Under the pieces are notes generated by a model. The model saw only the letters and a program-made list of their open reading frames with translations. It was not told where the DNA came from and ran no database searches. From contig NKIB01014599.1 in assembly GCA_002256025.1 (NCBI GenBank), positions 1 to 42,218 on the forward strand: DNA of 42,218 nucleotides. Direction: 5' to 3'. Every line of letters begins with the position of its first letter. The first letter of the stretch is position 1. Shown here in pieces: positions 1 to 10,021 of the stretch. Made by a program: the position numbers and the translations under genes. The stretch is from Asterionella formosa (Eukaryota).

Positions 1-367
1 TCAAAGTCCACCCACGGCTGCTCTTCCGACAGAGAATTCGCGTTCTTCTCTAGGCATGTCGTTGATCATGTAATCAATGGGATCAAAGTTGTTGACAACA
101 AGACAGCAGCATCGCTCAAATTGCGGGAAAAACTAACTAATTCCCAAATAGGAATGATAATATTTCATTTATAAAAGTAGTCTAATAGAAATATTTTACT
201 TTTTTTATAATGGTTTTGTCATCCTACGTCACAGTAGATGGGTGGTTGACAGCATTTAGGATTTCCCAAAAACCGATAGCATCGTTTTTTCGTCAGTTGA
301 CCAAAACCAAAACCAATCCAAAAAAAAGTTTTTGGGTTTTGGTTTGGGTCAACGGTTAGCAACGGCC
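1..367. mobile_element. Possible terminus of a TIR (Harbinger-like) DNA transposon that extends off the left edge
   Basis: The segment ends ...GGTTAGCAACGGCC followed by TTA (368-370), a TWA-type target triplet. It contains an imperfect subterminal inverted repeat at 296-353 (GTTGACCAAAACCAAAACC...GGTTTTGGTTTGGGTCAAC). The partner end is not in the window. Confidence 0.4.
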
Positions 368-753
368 TTAGCTAGTGATGTTTTCTCCAAACTAGGGTTT
401 AGCCAGGGCTGCAACCTTAAATTACATATCGGCAAGCAAGTCTGTGGGAGTTCCCAGTATGCATATTGCTTCACAAATTTAATAGTTAAAGTAAATTTAC
501 TCTAGATGTTGAATTGTGATCATAAATGAAAGTAGAATTGAATAAATTAGATGATAGCGTCGAAGTTTTGTCTTCAATTCGAGGTCGTGAGGATAAGAAA
601 GAAGAGTGCATAAATAAATGGAAGGTATGAGAAAGAACGAACGGCTTGAGATGTAAAAAAGCCAACGACATTCTCGCTCAAAAGAGGATTGTTTAGTTAA
701 AGGGGCAGTGTCTGTGCGACGCTTTAGTTGATTCCAGCACCGTTCATTTCCTA

Positions 754-2673
754 TCAAGTCCCAGAGCTCATGTCAGGGATTGGATTTGAATATAAACTGG
801 TATACTTGTCTAAGGCATCGTTAGCAAGCTTAGCGACTGGACACTTAGTATCAGAGCGTCCAACCTCTTTGCTGATTTGTTTCTGCATCTTGAGAAGGCC
901 AAGGAATATAATCAAACCTTGTACCAACCCAAGTAATCCCAAAACAGCATCAGTGGGACTTTGCCCGCGTTCAGTATCTGTCACAAAACGGCCTATCATG
1001 AACGTCAAGGCAGCGGCTGCCAGACGAAGCATGTAAGTCTTTCGTTGGCTACGACGGTGGCGTCGTCGAGTGGATCGACGAGGCATACGCTTCGAATTGG
1101 ACTGAAAAGTGAGAGCACTCCGGATACTATCCGATTGTGACTGCAGAGATTGAGACTGCAGAGAGAGAGACTGTAGAGATGACATACTGTAATCCATAGA
1201 ATCGTCAACGAATGATGAGGTGCGTCTCAAAGGAAGCTGTACGTCAACGGAAGCAATAGGCTTCTTTGCACGTTTACCTTCCACGGGGATGTCCACCTGA
1301 AGATTCTTCGTCTCGGGTATTGTCTCTAACAAAATCTCGCTATCATTCGCTACTTCAGCATTCGCTGCAGCGGCTGCAAAAGCGGCATGTTCAATGGCTC
1401 TATTCATTTCCACTCTCCTGTCCCTCGATTCAACCGAAACTTCCTCGTCTTCCTCCTTTACTGTCTCAACGCAGGAGACGCTTTCCCGAACTCTCCCATT
1501 TTGACGCTTGGAAGAGGACTTCCTGCGTTTTGGTGCAAGAGGATCGGATCGTCTAAGTAGCTTACGAATCTTGGAGTTGGCAAGGATTGGATTACTGATT
1601 GTTGAACATTGAAGACCAGTATATCCAACCGGAATGGCCACCAAAATTTCTCCAAGGGTAATTTTGGCGCACTTCGCTTCACTATTATGGGAACTGGCCA
1701 TGAGGTTCATATCTGTAATTTCGATGCCATCCTTGGGACGGCACAGTCCGGCGTAGGCCTGTGCGCCAAGGGCGGGCTCAGTAGAGTTTGCAGGAATCAT
1801 GACCAAAATGTCTCCAATTGTCGTTTTTGAAGGTGCGTAGATTATTTGAATGAGTTCAAAAATCTTAGACTTCGGCTGAATCAGTAACACGAAGACCTTG
1901 AATGCTGCGAAATCTTCACTAGGAGCATCAGGAGTACTCAGGCAACGGGTCACAACAGGTCTGGTCTTGGTGTAGGTGAGACGACTGTCAGTGGCAGCTC
2001 GCAAAGCAGGACTCATGTTACTCTTTCCTTTGTTTAAAGAGTACCTAAGTCCCTCCATCGGAGCATCGAGAGGAGCAGAGTTGAGCAAATAATGACCATC
2101 AGCAGTGTGCTTGTGGATCAGTCTGTCATACCCATCATCAATTTCTTCTTTATCCTCGTCAGAAGTATGTGGAGACAGCGAGGGAGCCGGTTGCACCAAG
2201 TTGAAATTCCATGGAGAAGCTAGCCCTTCGCTGTCATCGTCACCGATTAGCACTAAATTGGGAGTAGGAGAGGAGTTCTGTTTCTCAAGGTATAGGTTGA
2301 GAGGAGAGAGTGGGATATCACCGGCTGGCACATCGTACGAAGGCCGCGTGATTCCTATACGATGCGACGCGGCGCTAGTGTCATCATCACTGCTTTGATA
2401 AGCAGGCCTTGCAATTCCGAGTCGCTGGGAAACAAGGGATCCTTCTGTTCCACTATCATCGTTGAAGTCATAGCACTTTGTCTTTCGGGAAGAGTCTTGA
2501 TGAAAGAGGGCAAAAGGAGAGGTAAACGCAGCGGTCTTTGCCATTGTGCCAGGAGTGTAAAGCGCTTTCGCCTTTGCGAAATTAAATGGCGATTCAGATC
2601 CAGGCTCACTGTCACTTTCGGCAGCAAGCTTGGGCAAGGGAGTCGAGGGGGTGATGGGAACGATTGGCTTCAT
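754..2673 (-). CDS. Hypothetical protein with a central globular domain and two C-terminal hydrophobic segments
   Basis: Long uninterrupted ORF 754..2820. The likely start is the ATG at 2673 (MKPIVP...), though the upstream ATG at 2820 is possible. It has a Ser/Pro-rich N-terminus, an ordered core (FKVFVLLIQPKSKIFELIQ...GEILVAIP) and hydrophobic stretches near the C-terminus. Confidence 0.8.
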   Translation of the reverse strand: MKPIVPITPSTPLPKLAAESDSEPGSESPFNFAKAKALYTPGTMAKTAAFTSPFALFHQDSSRKTKCYDFNDDSGTEGSLVSQRLGIARPAYQSSDDDTSAASHRIGITRPSYDVPAGDIPLSPLNLYLEKQNSSPTPNLVLIGDDDSEGLASPWNFNLVQPAPSLSPHTSDEDKEEIDDGYDRLIHKHTADGHYLLNSAPLDAPMEGLRYSLNKGKSNMSPALRAATDSRLTYTKTRPVVTRCLSTPDAPSEDFAAFKVFVLLIQPKSKIFELIQIIYAPSKTTIGDILVMIPANSTEPALGAQAYAGLCRPKDGIEITDMNLMASSHNSEAKCAKITLGEILVAIPVGYTGLQCSTISNPILANSKIRKLLRRSDPLAPKRRKSSSKRQNGRVRESVSCVETVKEEDEEVSVESRDRRVEMNRAIEHAAFAAAAANAEVANDSEILLETIPETKNLQVDIPVEGKRAKKPIASVDVQLPLRRTSSFVDDSMDYSMSSLQSLSLQSQSLQSQSDSIRSALTFQSNSKRMPRRSTRRRHRRSQRKTYMLRLAAAALTFMIGRFVTDTERGQSPTDAVLGLLGLVQGLIIFLGLLKMQKQISKEVGRSDTKCPVAKLANDALDKYTSLYSNPIPDMSSGT

Positions 2674-5143
2674 GGCGATTGAGAAACGAAGAAAAGAAGT
2701 TCGAAACAACGTTATTTGAGATGAAGCGCTAAACAAGCAAGTGTACAGCAGAGTCATATGTGGCGGGCGGGCGAGCGGCTGGAAGCTATCACAACCGAAA
2801 AATCCGAGTTGCTCAATCATGTCTCAAGAAAGGATTCAACATTCGTACATACACGTATGTAGGACTGGGATTTGGCAGTTGGTTTCTGTTTCCCGGGATG
2901 AGGATCACCAAACCGAAAATTTGAGGCATTATGTACTTCAAAGAAAGGCACGTCTGCTATTACCCGTCGCCTGTCGAAGAACGATAGTGTGGCATCAATC
3001 GAAAATAATCGATGATGAGTGCAGAATGAGCACCAGTAAACCAGTAATTGTACGTTGCTGTACGGCTGTGATGTATTATATGATTCGAAGCAAAGAATTC
3101 AATTTCTTGGTATTCATGTATGAATAAAGTATTTAATATATATTTCAACAGGCGGCCTCGAAGGGGAACTGAGCGATGAACACCGTTCGCATAATCGTTC
3201 GATGATGGCATCATTCTTGTTTGGCAGCACCGTACCATGGTACCAGGTAGGATACGTACGATGTAAGAATAACGGCCACATCCTCGACAATTTAAAACCT
3301 GTTCTGCACGCCTCACCGTCGACCAAAATCCTTAGCGTAGAGGTACCAGGTAGGTACTATAGTAAAGACCGGTACATCGGTAACCAGACATACAGACTAA
3401 TGGAATACCCCGTATGTACATAGGATATCAACTCAATTTTATTTTATTGAAGTTACCCCCGGGTACGTAGACTCAATTACCGACTTGTTCGACTGCCTTT
3501 CTGCAAATGTTCCTTTGTTTCCTGTCAATTCTTGAATGGTTCGCTTTGTTGCTCCAACTAATCCCTAGCCTCATAACTGGTGTTTGAATTCGGTTCTATG
3601 TAGATTGAGTAATTTGTTTACTCCAGGTCTCCCATAACTGCAGTAGAAGAGTTTTGCACTTTAGCCATGGGTGGGACTTCGGGTGGGTGAATTTTATCTA
3701 TAGACTATAAATTTGCATGGCTTGGTGGTCAACGATAGCTTCTTTGTTGACGCTGATTCGAAGAATTATGAGCTTTCTGCATTGAACTCTTGCATGGTTG
3801 TTCACTGACATGATATCAACTCTTCCATCACCCCCCTTGCTTCTCCTTGCATGATTTACATGTCGATTATTTCTTTCGAACTTCATCTTCAATTTTGCTA
3901 GGCTTGATTTAGCTCCTTTGGTTGTTGATCTTTCCTCAGCCTGCCTGCCTTCTGATTCCTCATGTTTCCCTGTTTTCAATGTGGCTGTGCTTCGTGCACA
4001 TCCCCTGTTTCCCTCCTCTATCAGCATAATCCACACTGGTCCCCTGGATTCATTGCTAATTTTTGTTGTATTGTTGGTTGAAGCTCATGTATCGACAAAA
4101 ATTTCACGCACAGGAATTGCCTTGCCTTTGTCACCATGACTGGATGATCGTTGGGTGGCTCTCTCCTTGGATAGGAGGTCACGGACACTTTCGCTTCGTT
4201 TTGGAGCCTGCATAACCTTATGTCCCTTCTTTTCGAGTATTGGGCGAACTACTAGTATTTAATTGATGAAGATTAGTGTCTTGGTCTTGAGCGGAAGGTT
4301 CACTTATTTGGCGAGGCGAAACAGATTGAACACCAGTGGTTTGGAAGTTCTTTTCCAATGACTTTCGTTGGCTGGGCTTTAGATAAAATCATCTGTGGGA
4401 GTCTCGCCGCAATCAACGATAATCACGTCATCATCACAGGACTTGATGAAGCCCGCGCCATCATGGTCCTCACTACCCGCCTAGTCTCATTCAGAGTGAG
4501 CAAATGACTTCGAAACGCGCCTCTGCTTGCAATTGCCTACTGCGTTTGGCCCCATCATGTTGTTACTCTATTGTGGAGTAGTTCAACAGAAAAAATCTGA
4601 AATCTGAGGAATGTTTTGCTTTTCATAAAAAGATTGTCAAAATGGAAAGTTTTATTGAAACTCAATTGTTTTTGAGGAAATTTAGATGCTCAAATAACTT
4701 GAATAATCTCTCCTTGAGGTTGCGGCGAAGGCATATATCCATTCCTAATAAAGTCAAGAACGCCATCCTTGTTCTTCCCATGCAATTGCTCTAAGAGAAG
4801 TAGCCACAAAATTAAGCATAACTCGTAAATGTTGCTAGAAGTACTGAAGCAAACCATAATTAAAGGAGTTGCAATAATGGGCGCACTTCGAAATACCAAA
4901 ATAATTTGTGCCAAAATTATTACATCACAAATATTCTTTGCTGATGTAATATATAATATCGTCAAGGCGCTCTGATACTCGAATTATTTTAGATAAATTA
5001 TCTGACAGTAAATATAAATTTAACTATAATTTACAACAGTAAAATTTTCATAGCGACGCATCTTCTGATGTGTTAGTATGCCTCCTCTTGTACGCACACT
5101 GTATACATGTTTTCCATAATTTATTCAGTGTCGGTCACGGACC

Positions 5144-6341
5144 ATGTTGGCTGACCTCTCATTTTCTGATGATGATGATATGATCATCACATTACTACTG
5201 CTAGCAGCATTTGATCTAGCAATAAACAAGACGGCATCATTTCATGAATGTTTGACTGTTGATGATATCAGAAGAAGAAGTGGCAAAATCCGGCGCCACA
5301 CACTACAGCATCCATTGTCAAGTCCATTCTGGACTTTGTTCAAGCAATAGCAAGCATGATGATGCCCTCATCACATTATGTGGGTTCGATCATGCTTCCT
5401 TCGGGCTCCTACACCAGCTATTCAAGCCTTATTTTGATTCCTTTACTCCCTGTAGAAAAAAAGGAATTCATTGTCAAGAATTCAACAACAAAATCTGGTC
5501 GACCCAGATTGCTGTGTTCCATCAGTCCTCTGGCACTTGGGCTGGCAGCATGGACTAGGACTCGTGGATCCTATATGATTCTTCAGATCATTTTCGGCTT
5601 AACTCATGGTTCCTTGAACATTTGGTTGCGGTTATCGAGGCGGATGATTGTCAAAGTGCTTCAGACTAATGAAGATGCCATTGTTCGACTACCTACTGCA
5701 GCCGAAACTACTTTATTTGCATCCATGATTCATAAGAAGTACCCTTTGGTAAATATTTTTGGGGAGCAATGGATGATCTGAAACTCACCCTGCAACGACC
5801 TGGAAATGAAAGGCAACAAAACAATTTCTACAATGGGTGGACTCATGAACACTATGTGACAAACTTGTTTCTTTTTTCTCCTGATGGAAAAATTCGTTTC
5901 TCTTATTTTAATGCACCTGGTGTCCTCCACAACTTTACCATGGCAATTTGGTCTTCAATCTATGATCAAAATGAAATGGTTTACAAGGATACAGGTAAAA
6001 AAGTAGTTGTGGATTCAGCATTTGCATCTAAGAAATCAAATGCAATGCTAAAATCCCATCAAAATAATTTGGATGCAAACGGTAATCTTCGACAAAGATT
6101 TGGCATAAATCGTCAAGCAACTTCAGTCAGGCAGTTGTCTGAATGGGAAATGAGGTGTCTTCAGGGGTCGTTTCCCAGGATGAAAGATATATTTCGTTAT
6201 GAAGAGAATGGTGAAAGGAAACTAATACTCCAAATGATTGTTTTACTATACAATTTTCGCGCCAGTCAAGTCGGCCAGAATCAAATTGCTTCGTTGTACC
6301 TGCCCTATTTGCATAGAAGTGCTAACAGATATGCATTTTAA
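5144..6341 (+). pseudogene. PIF/Harbinger (DDE_Tnp_4-type) transposase, frameshifted
   Basis: Harbinger motifs are spread over four ORF pieces: SSPFWTLF / DDALITLCGFDHASF / GRPRLL...WTRTRGS...IFGLT / MDDLKL...QNNFYNGWTHEHYV...FSPDG...NAPGVLHN...VVVDSAF...TSVRQLSEWEMRCLQGSFPR. Frameshifts fall near 5345, 5455 and 5765, and the usual HD motif reads HN. Confidence 0.9.
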
Positions 6342-6454
6342 GTCATAGAGTAATGTTTCAAAGACTTAGATTTACTATTTTCATTTAACTTATTCATCAT
6401 CACTACTACTGCTTTCGTTCTTGTCACCATTATTATCATTTGGGGTTTTAAATT

Positions 6455-6973
6455 CTATTGATGCAGATGAAGATGGTTGTGCATTTGTACTTGGCGTTTT
6501 GCAACAGTTGCTCCAGCGGAAACAGCAGGAGTTGTTTCTGGAGCGGAACAAGCAGGAGTACTATCCAAAGTTTCAACCACCGCTTCAGCATTGTCTTGAC
6601 TGTCCTCAAGTACCATGAATTCATCCTTGACATTGTTGCCATCTTCTATCCCAAGGTCTGTAGAATCAATTTCGCCACTAGCATCTGCTCTTTCCTCTAT
6701 TTTTCGGAATACTTGCTTAGCACATCGGACTTCAGCAGGACATGTTGGGTCACCAGTTGGTATTTTCACTTTATGTAGTTGTGCAAACTTTCGCCGAATT
6801 GAAGTTCCAGTCCGATCCTTGTCTGGAAAATTTTCATTGTGCTCGGATGCTACACATTCCCATTCATGTGATCCAATTGGAAGATGTGTCAGAACAGTGT
6901 AATACACATGATATAATATTTTTTTAATTTCGAAGTGCGCCCAATGATAACTGCTGTTGATCCCTCCTCCCAA
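6455..6973 (-). pseudogene. Myb/SANT-like (DUF6818-like) accessory protein of the Harbinger element, probably degenerate
   Basis: Motif LPIGSHEWECVASEHN...RTGTSIRRKFAQL...PTGDPTCPAEVRCAK. The ORF is convergent with the transposase, which fits the two-gene PIF/Harbinger layout. No clean ATG start. Confidence 0.75.
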
Positions 6974-7173
6974 AATTCTTTTCCGTTGTTGCCGTTAGAG
7001 ATAAAAATGTTTTCTTTGTTGATTAATTTAATTACATGACATACATTAAATCTATAAAATTAGTGTTGCTTGATGCTGTATCTGCAGCAAAGGCATATAA
7101 AACAACCAAAAATAGTTGATTTCTGATAAACATCATGTGTTATACCTACCACAGCCCATTGCTTAAGCTATCT

Positions 7174-7409
7174 AGGGGAATGGCTTAGTGGTTAGCACAC
7201 CTCATGAGGTGGCAGGTCCGATTCCTGCATTTTCCACCTGTCCTTCTTATATGTAGCCCCTAGGGTTCCATTTTGTGTGGCTGACAAGGAGACAGGTCCC
7301 ATTGTACTGTTCGGACGAATAAAACCGGTTCTAATTGTGTCCATTTATTTGGGCATAAGTGCGATTTTTGGATAGCTTTAACGTACTCTAAGATTTAATT
7401 GACAATTTT
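7174..7409 (+). mobile_element. tRNA-derived SINE (236 bp) with 16-bp TSD
   Basis: Identical direct repeats ATTGCTTAAGCTATCT lie at 7158-7173 and 7410-7425. The tRNA-like head (7175-7238) has A-box TGGCTTAGTGG (7181-7191), B-box-like GGTCCGATTCC (7215-7225), T-stem GCAGG/CCTGC and acceptor stem GGGGAAT/ATTTTCC. The 3' end is AT-rich. Confidence 0.85.
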
Positions 7410-8090
7410 ATTGCTTAAGCTATCTGCTTTTTGGCCTTTGTCGCTCATGGTTCGAACAAGCAAAGGGCTCCAATTTTTCCTATTGATTACCCTTTTCTGA
7501 CTCTGTACAATTTCCAACAATAGTTTTTCTAACTTCTACAATGCATTGGATATGTATTTGCAATACCTCAACATAGCAATCAGCATGAAAGAAAGCAATA
7601 TGCAATCAACCATGATGGCTTTTTGAGCTTTGAAGGGTTGCAAAGGATAACGAACGCAAAGGCAATTACTCTAGCTGCCTGGACTTTTTATGAATAGTAG
7701 AACAGGGAATAAGATATTTTCTTCTCGAGTAATCGCCATCTGGATGAACTTATCACTAATATAATTTTTACTTTAGTTGTCTTCTCACTTGAATGCTGAG
7801 CAATGCGTCCATCATGACAGTAGTTTCCTTGGTGCTGGCTCTCCGTGAGTATGTTTCAGATTCGCTCCAATGCACCTTCGCAGGTAAACAGTATGGATTT
7901 GTATCAAAACAGGAAGGATGTAAGGAAGCTATGACAATCAAGGAAATTTACATATTCAGTCCTCGTTTGTGCCATGGCTACTGACTGTGGACAGAGGGTT
8001 GAAAAATCAAAGCAAATTAACGTTATTGTACTGTCAGATGACACACTGTTCTAAAATTACAACTTGTTAGCCTTAATAAGTGTCATTACC

Positions 8091-9056
8091 CTAGGAGAGA
8101 TATCCGAGTCCAAGATGAAATCGAAGTTGCTCGTACACTGTTGAATAGGTCAACATAACTGGAGTCAGTCGAAAAAAGAATATTGGCCAACCTCTCCAGA
8201 ACCCTGTCACTCCGTTTTTTCTGTACACACTTTGAATACAATGCAATAATGTCCTCTTCGAATTCATGTACTTGGCCATGATGAAATCAGCAGGCGCTGA
8301 TAAGAGACTGGCTCCAAAGGAAGCAGAAATACTTGCGACAACATGTAACTTGGTGTCGTCTTCTAACCCTCGCTCTTTCAACATCGTCTTTACCCCATCA
8401 TAACCCAGCATTTGACCAGCTGTAAAGAGCCCACCACGAACTGCCAATGTCTCAGATCCTTTCCAAAGACCTCCTAGACCTCGCTCATTTACAATTTGTG
8501 TAACTCGTTCAAGGTAATTGTTTCTTTTTCCTGGTCCACTTTGTGCTTGAACTTGAGTCTTTAGAAGGTGAAAGGGTGTTGTAACACAGTATGCAGTCGC
8601 TCCGCAAATCAGCCCCGCCAGAACCATGTGATGGCCCATTTTTTCTTGTCCAGATAGTCCATCTCGAACAATTTCGTAGTACCCAAACCGAACTGCAGAC
8701 GCACAAGCCATTCCTGCCGCATTGACTGCCAGTCCTGGCCTCCACAATCCATTGACGATTCCTTCTTGTCTCAAAATTCTGGCCGCAAACTCAATCAACG
8801 TTGTCTCAGATGTCAATTTGACTTGCCATCGAACTCTTAGACAGTCCAAAGGATTGTAGATAGCAGAGGAAATAGCAGAGGCTGTCCCTGCTGCAATAAA
8901 GTGCCGCCAAGTTGGAAGGGTACACTTCCTTGTTTCTCTCTCTCCTATTTTAATGTATTCTTCAAAATGGTGTTGTGATTTTGATGGAGGAGCGATGAGT
9001 GCAACTGATGACACATCGTACCGATCTAACCTCAATTCGTTACTGATTGCCTGCAT
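8091..9056 (-). CDS. Mitochondrial carrier (SLC25) family protein, dicarboxylate/oxaloacetate/UCP-like
   Basis: 321-aa ORF with three carrier repeats. Px[DE]xx[KR] signature variants PLDCLRVRWQ, PFHLLKTQVQ and PADFIMAKYM, and second-half motifs GLWRPG, GLWKG and GFWRG. Confidence 0.93.
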   Translation of the reverse strand: MQAISNELRLDRYDVSSVALIAPPSKSQHHFEEYIKIGERETRKCTLPTWRHFIAAGTASAISSAIYNPLDCLRVRWQVKLTSETTLIEFAARILRQEGIVNGLWRPGLAVNAAGMACASAVRFGYYEIVRDGLSGQEKMGHHMVLAGLICGATAYCVTTPFHLLKTQVQAQSGPGKRNNYLERVTQIVNERGLGGLWKGSETLAVRGGLFTAGQMLGYDGVKTMLKERGLEDDTKLHVVASISASFGASLLSAPADFIMAKYMNSKRTLLHCIQSVYRKNGVTGFWRGWPIFFFRLTPVMLTYSTVYEQLRFHLGLGYLS

Positions 9057-10021
9057 GTTTGTTTTGCTGTGTTTTGTTTCTCAGCGGCTCGACGAATGAC
9101 GAGGGATGGTCGTTATATGTGACACCAGTTTTGTGAGCATTCCATTTTGTTGCACGTTTGTCATCGATAAAATATCTTATCCCAAATCATTGCATGTATG
9201 TAGAAAGGCCCTGAATCATTATTATTGCAGAGAGCGAATAGAAAAGAACATTTGCTGATTGGTATGGCATCATGGCGGCGACATCACTACTTGTAGGTAC
9301 GACTCCTTAAATGGAATCAATGAAATGCATGATGAGTCATCCATCAACAACGGCTCAGGACCGGTAAGAGGCGTGAGATATTTATAGCAGAGCCTTCATA
9401 CCAAGTCAAAGAAAGTGAACATACCGGGACTGTAGAAAGGACACCGGTAGTCAAATGCGTGCTTGTTTTTATATACGACCGGTATTAATTAATCTTGTTT
9501 ACAACGAAGCAAGGCAGTCAGTCGCCCTGCTACCCATATTTTCTTTGGGTAAGCTTACTACAGGTACTCCGAGTACCAGGCAAGTGCACCAGGGACCGGT
9601 ATACTGGTGATGTATCTGGTTCTCGTCCCTGCTACAGTGCACCATATTTTTCATGTATGTACCGGTATGCTTTTCTAGTTAGGTACTCCGAACTCCGAGG
9701 ACCTGGTACCGGTACGTGTCTGTAAATGGATGTCTACAGCTAAAATAATATCATGCCTGTCGTGTACAATACCGGTACTTCATCAAAGAACTGGCCATAC
9801 AGAGTACCGGTACATATTGACATACCGATATATGTTGCTGTACATACCGGTAGCACTACAGCAGTTGACGAGAATCGCACAGAGGGTCAGACGATTGCAT
9901 GGATCCTGCTGTTGCTTGTTGTTGCTGTGCCTGGAAGCAAGGCCATGACCATGGACATATTTATTGGCAGCGGTTTATAGTCATACATTATTTGCCTAGC
10001 TAACGTCTGCTGTCTTCCACA

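Noticed and set aside
3600..4560. Minus-strand gene starting near 4558
   Set aside because: It has many in-frame stops and no recognisable domain. At most it is a decayed relic.
4964..5040. Left TIR of the Harbinger element (AGGCGCTCTGATA...)
   Set aside because: No matching inverted copy was found beyond the Myb-like ORF, so the element's boundaries cannot be supported.
7175..7238. Functional tRNA gene
   Set aside because: It is too short, lacks a proper anticodon arm, has a T-to-C change in the B-box, and lies inside a TSD-flanked insert. A SINE head explains it better.
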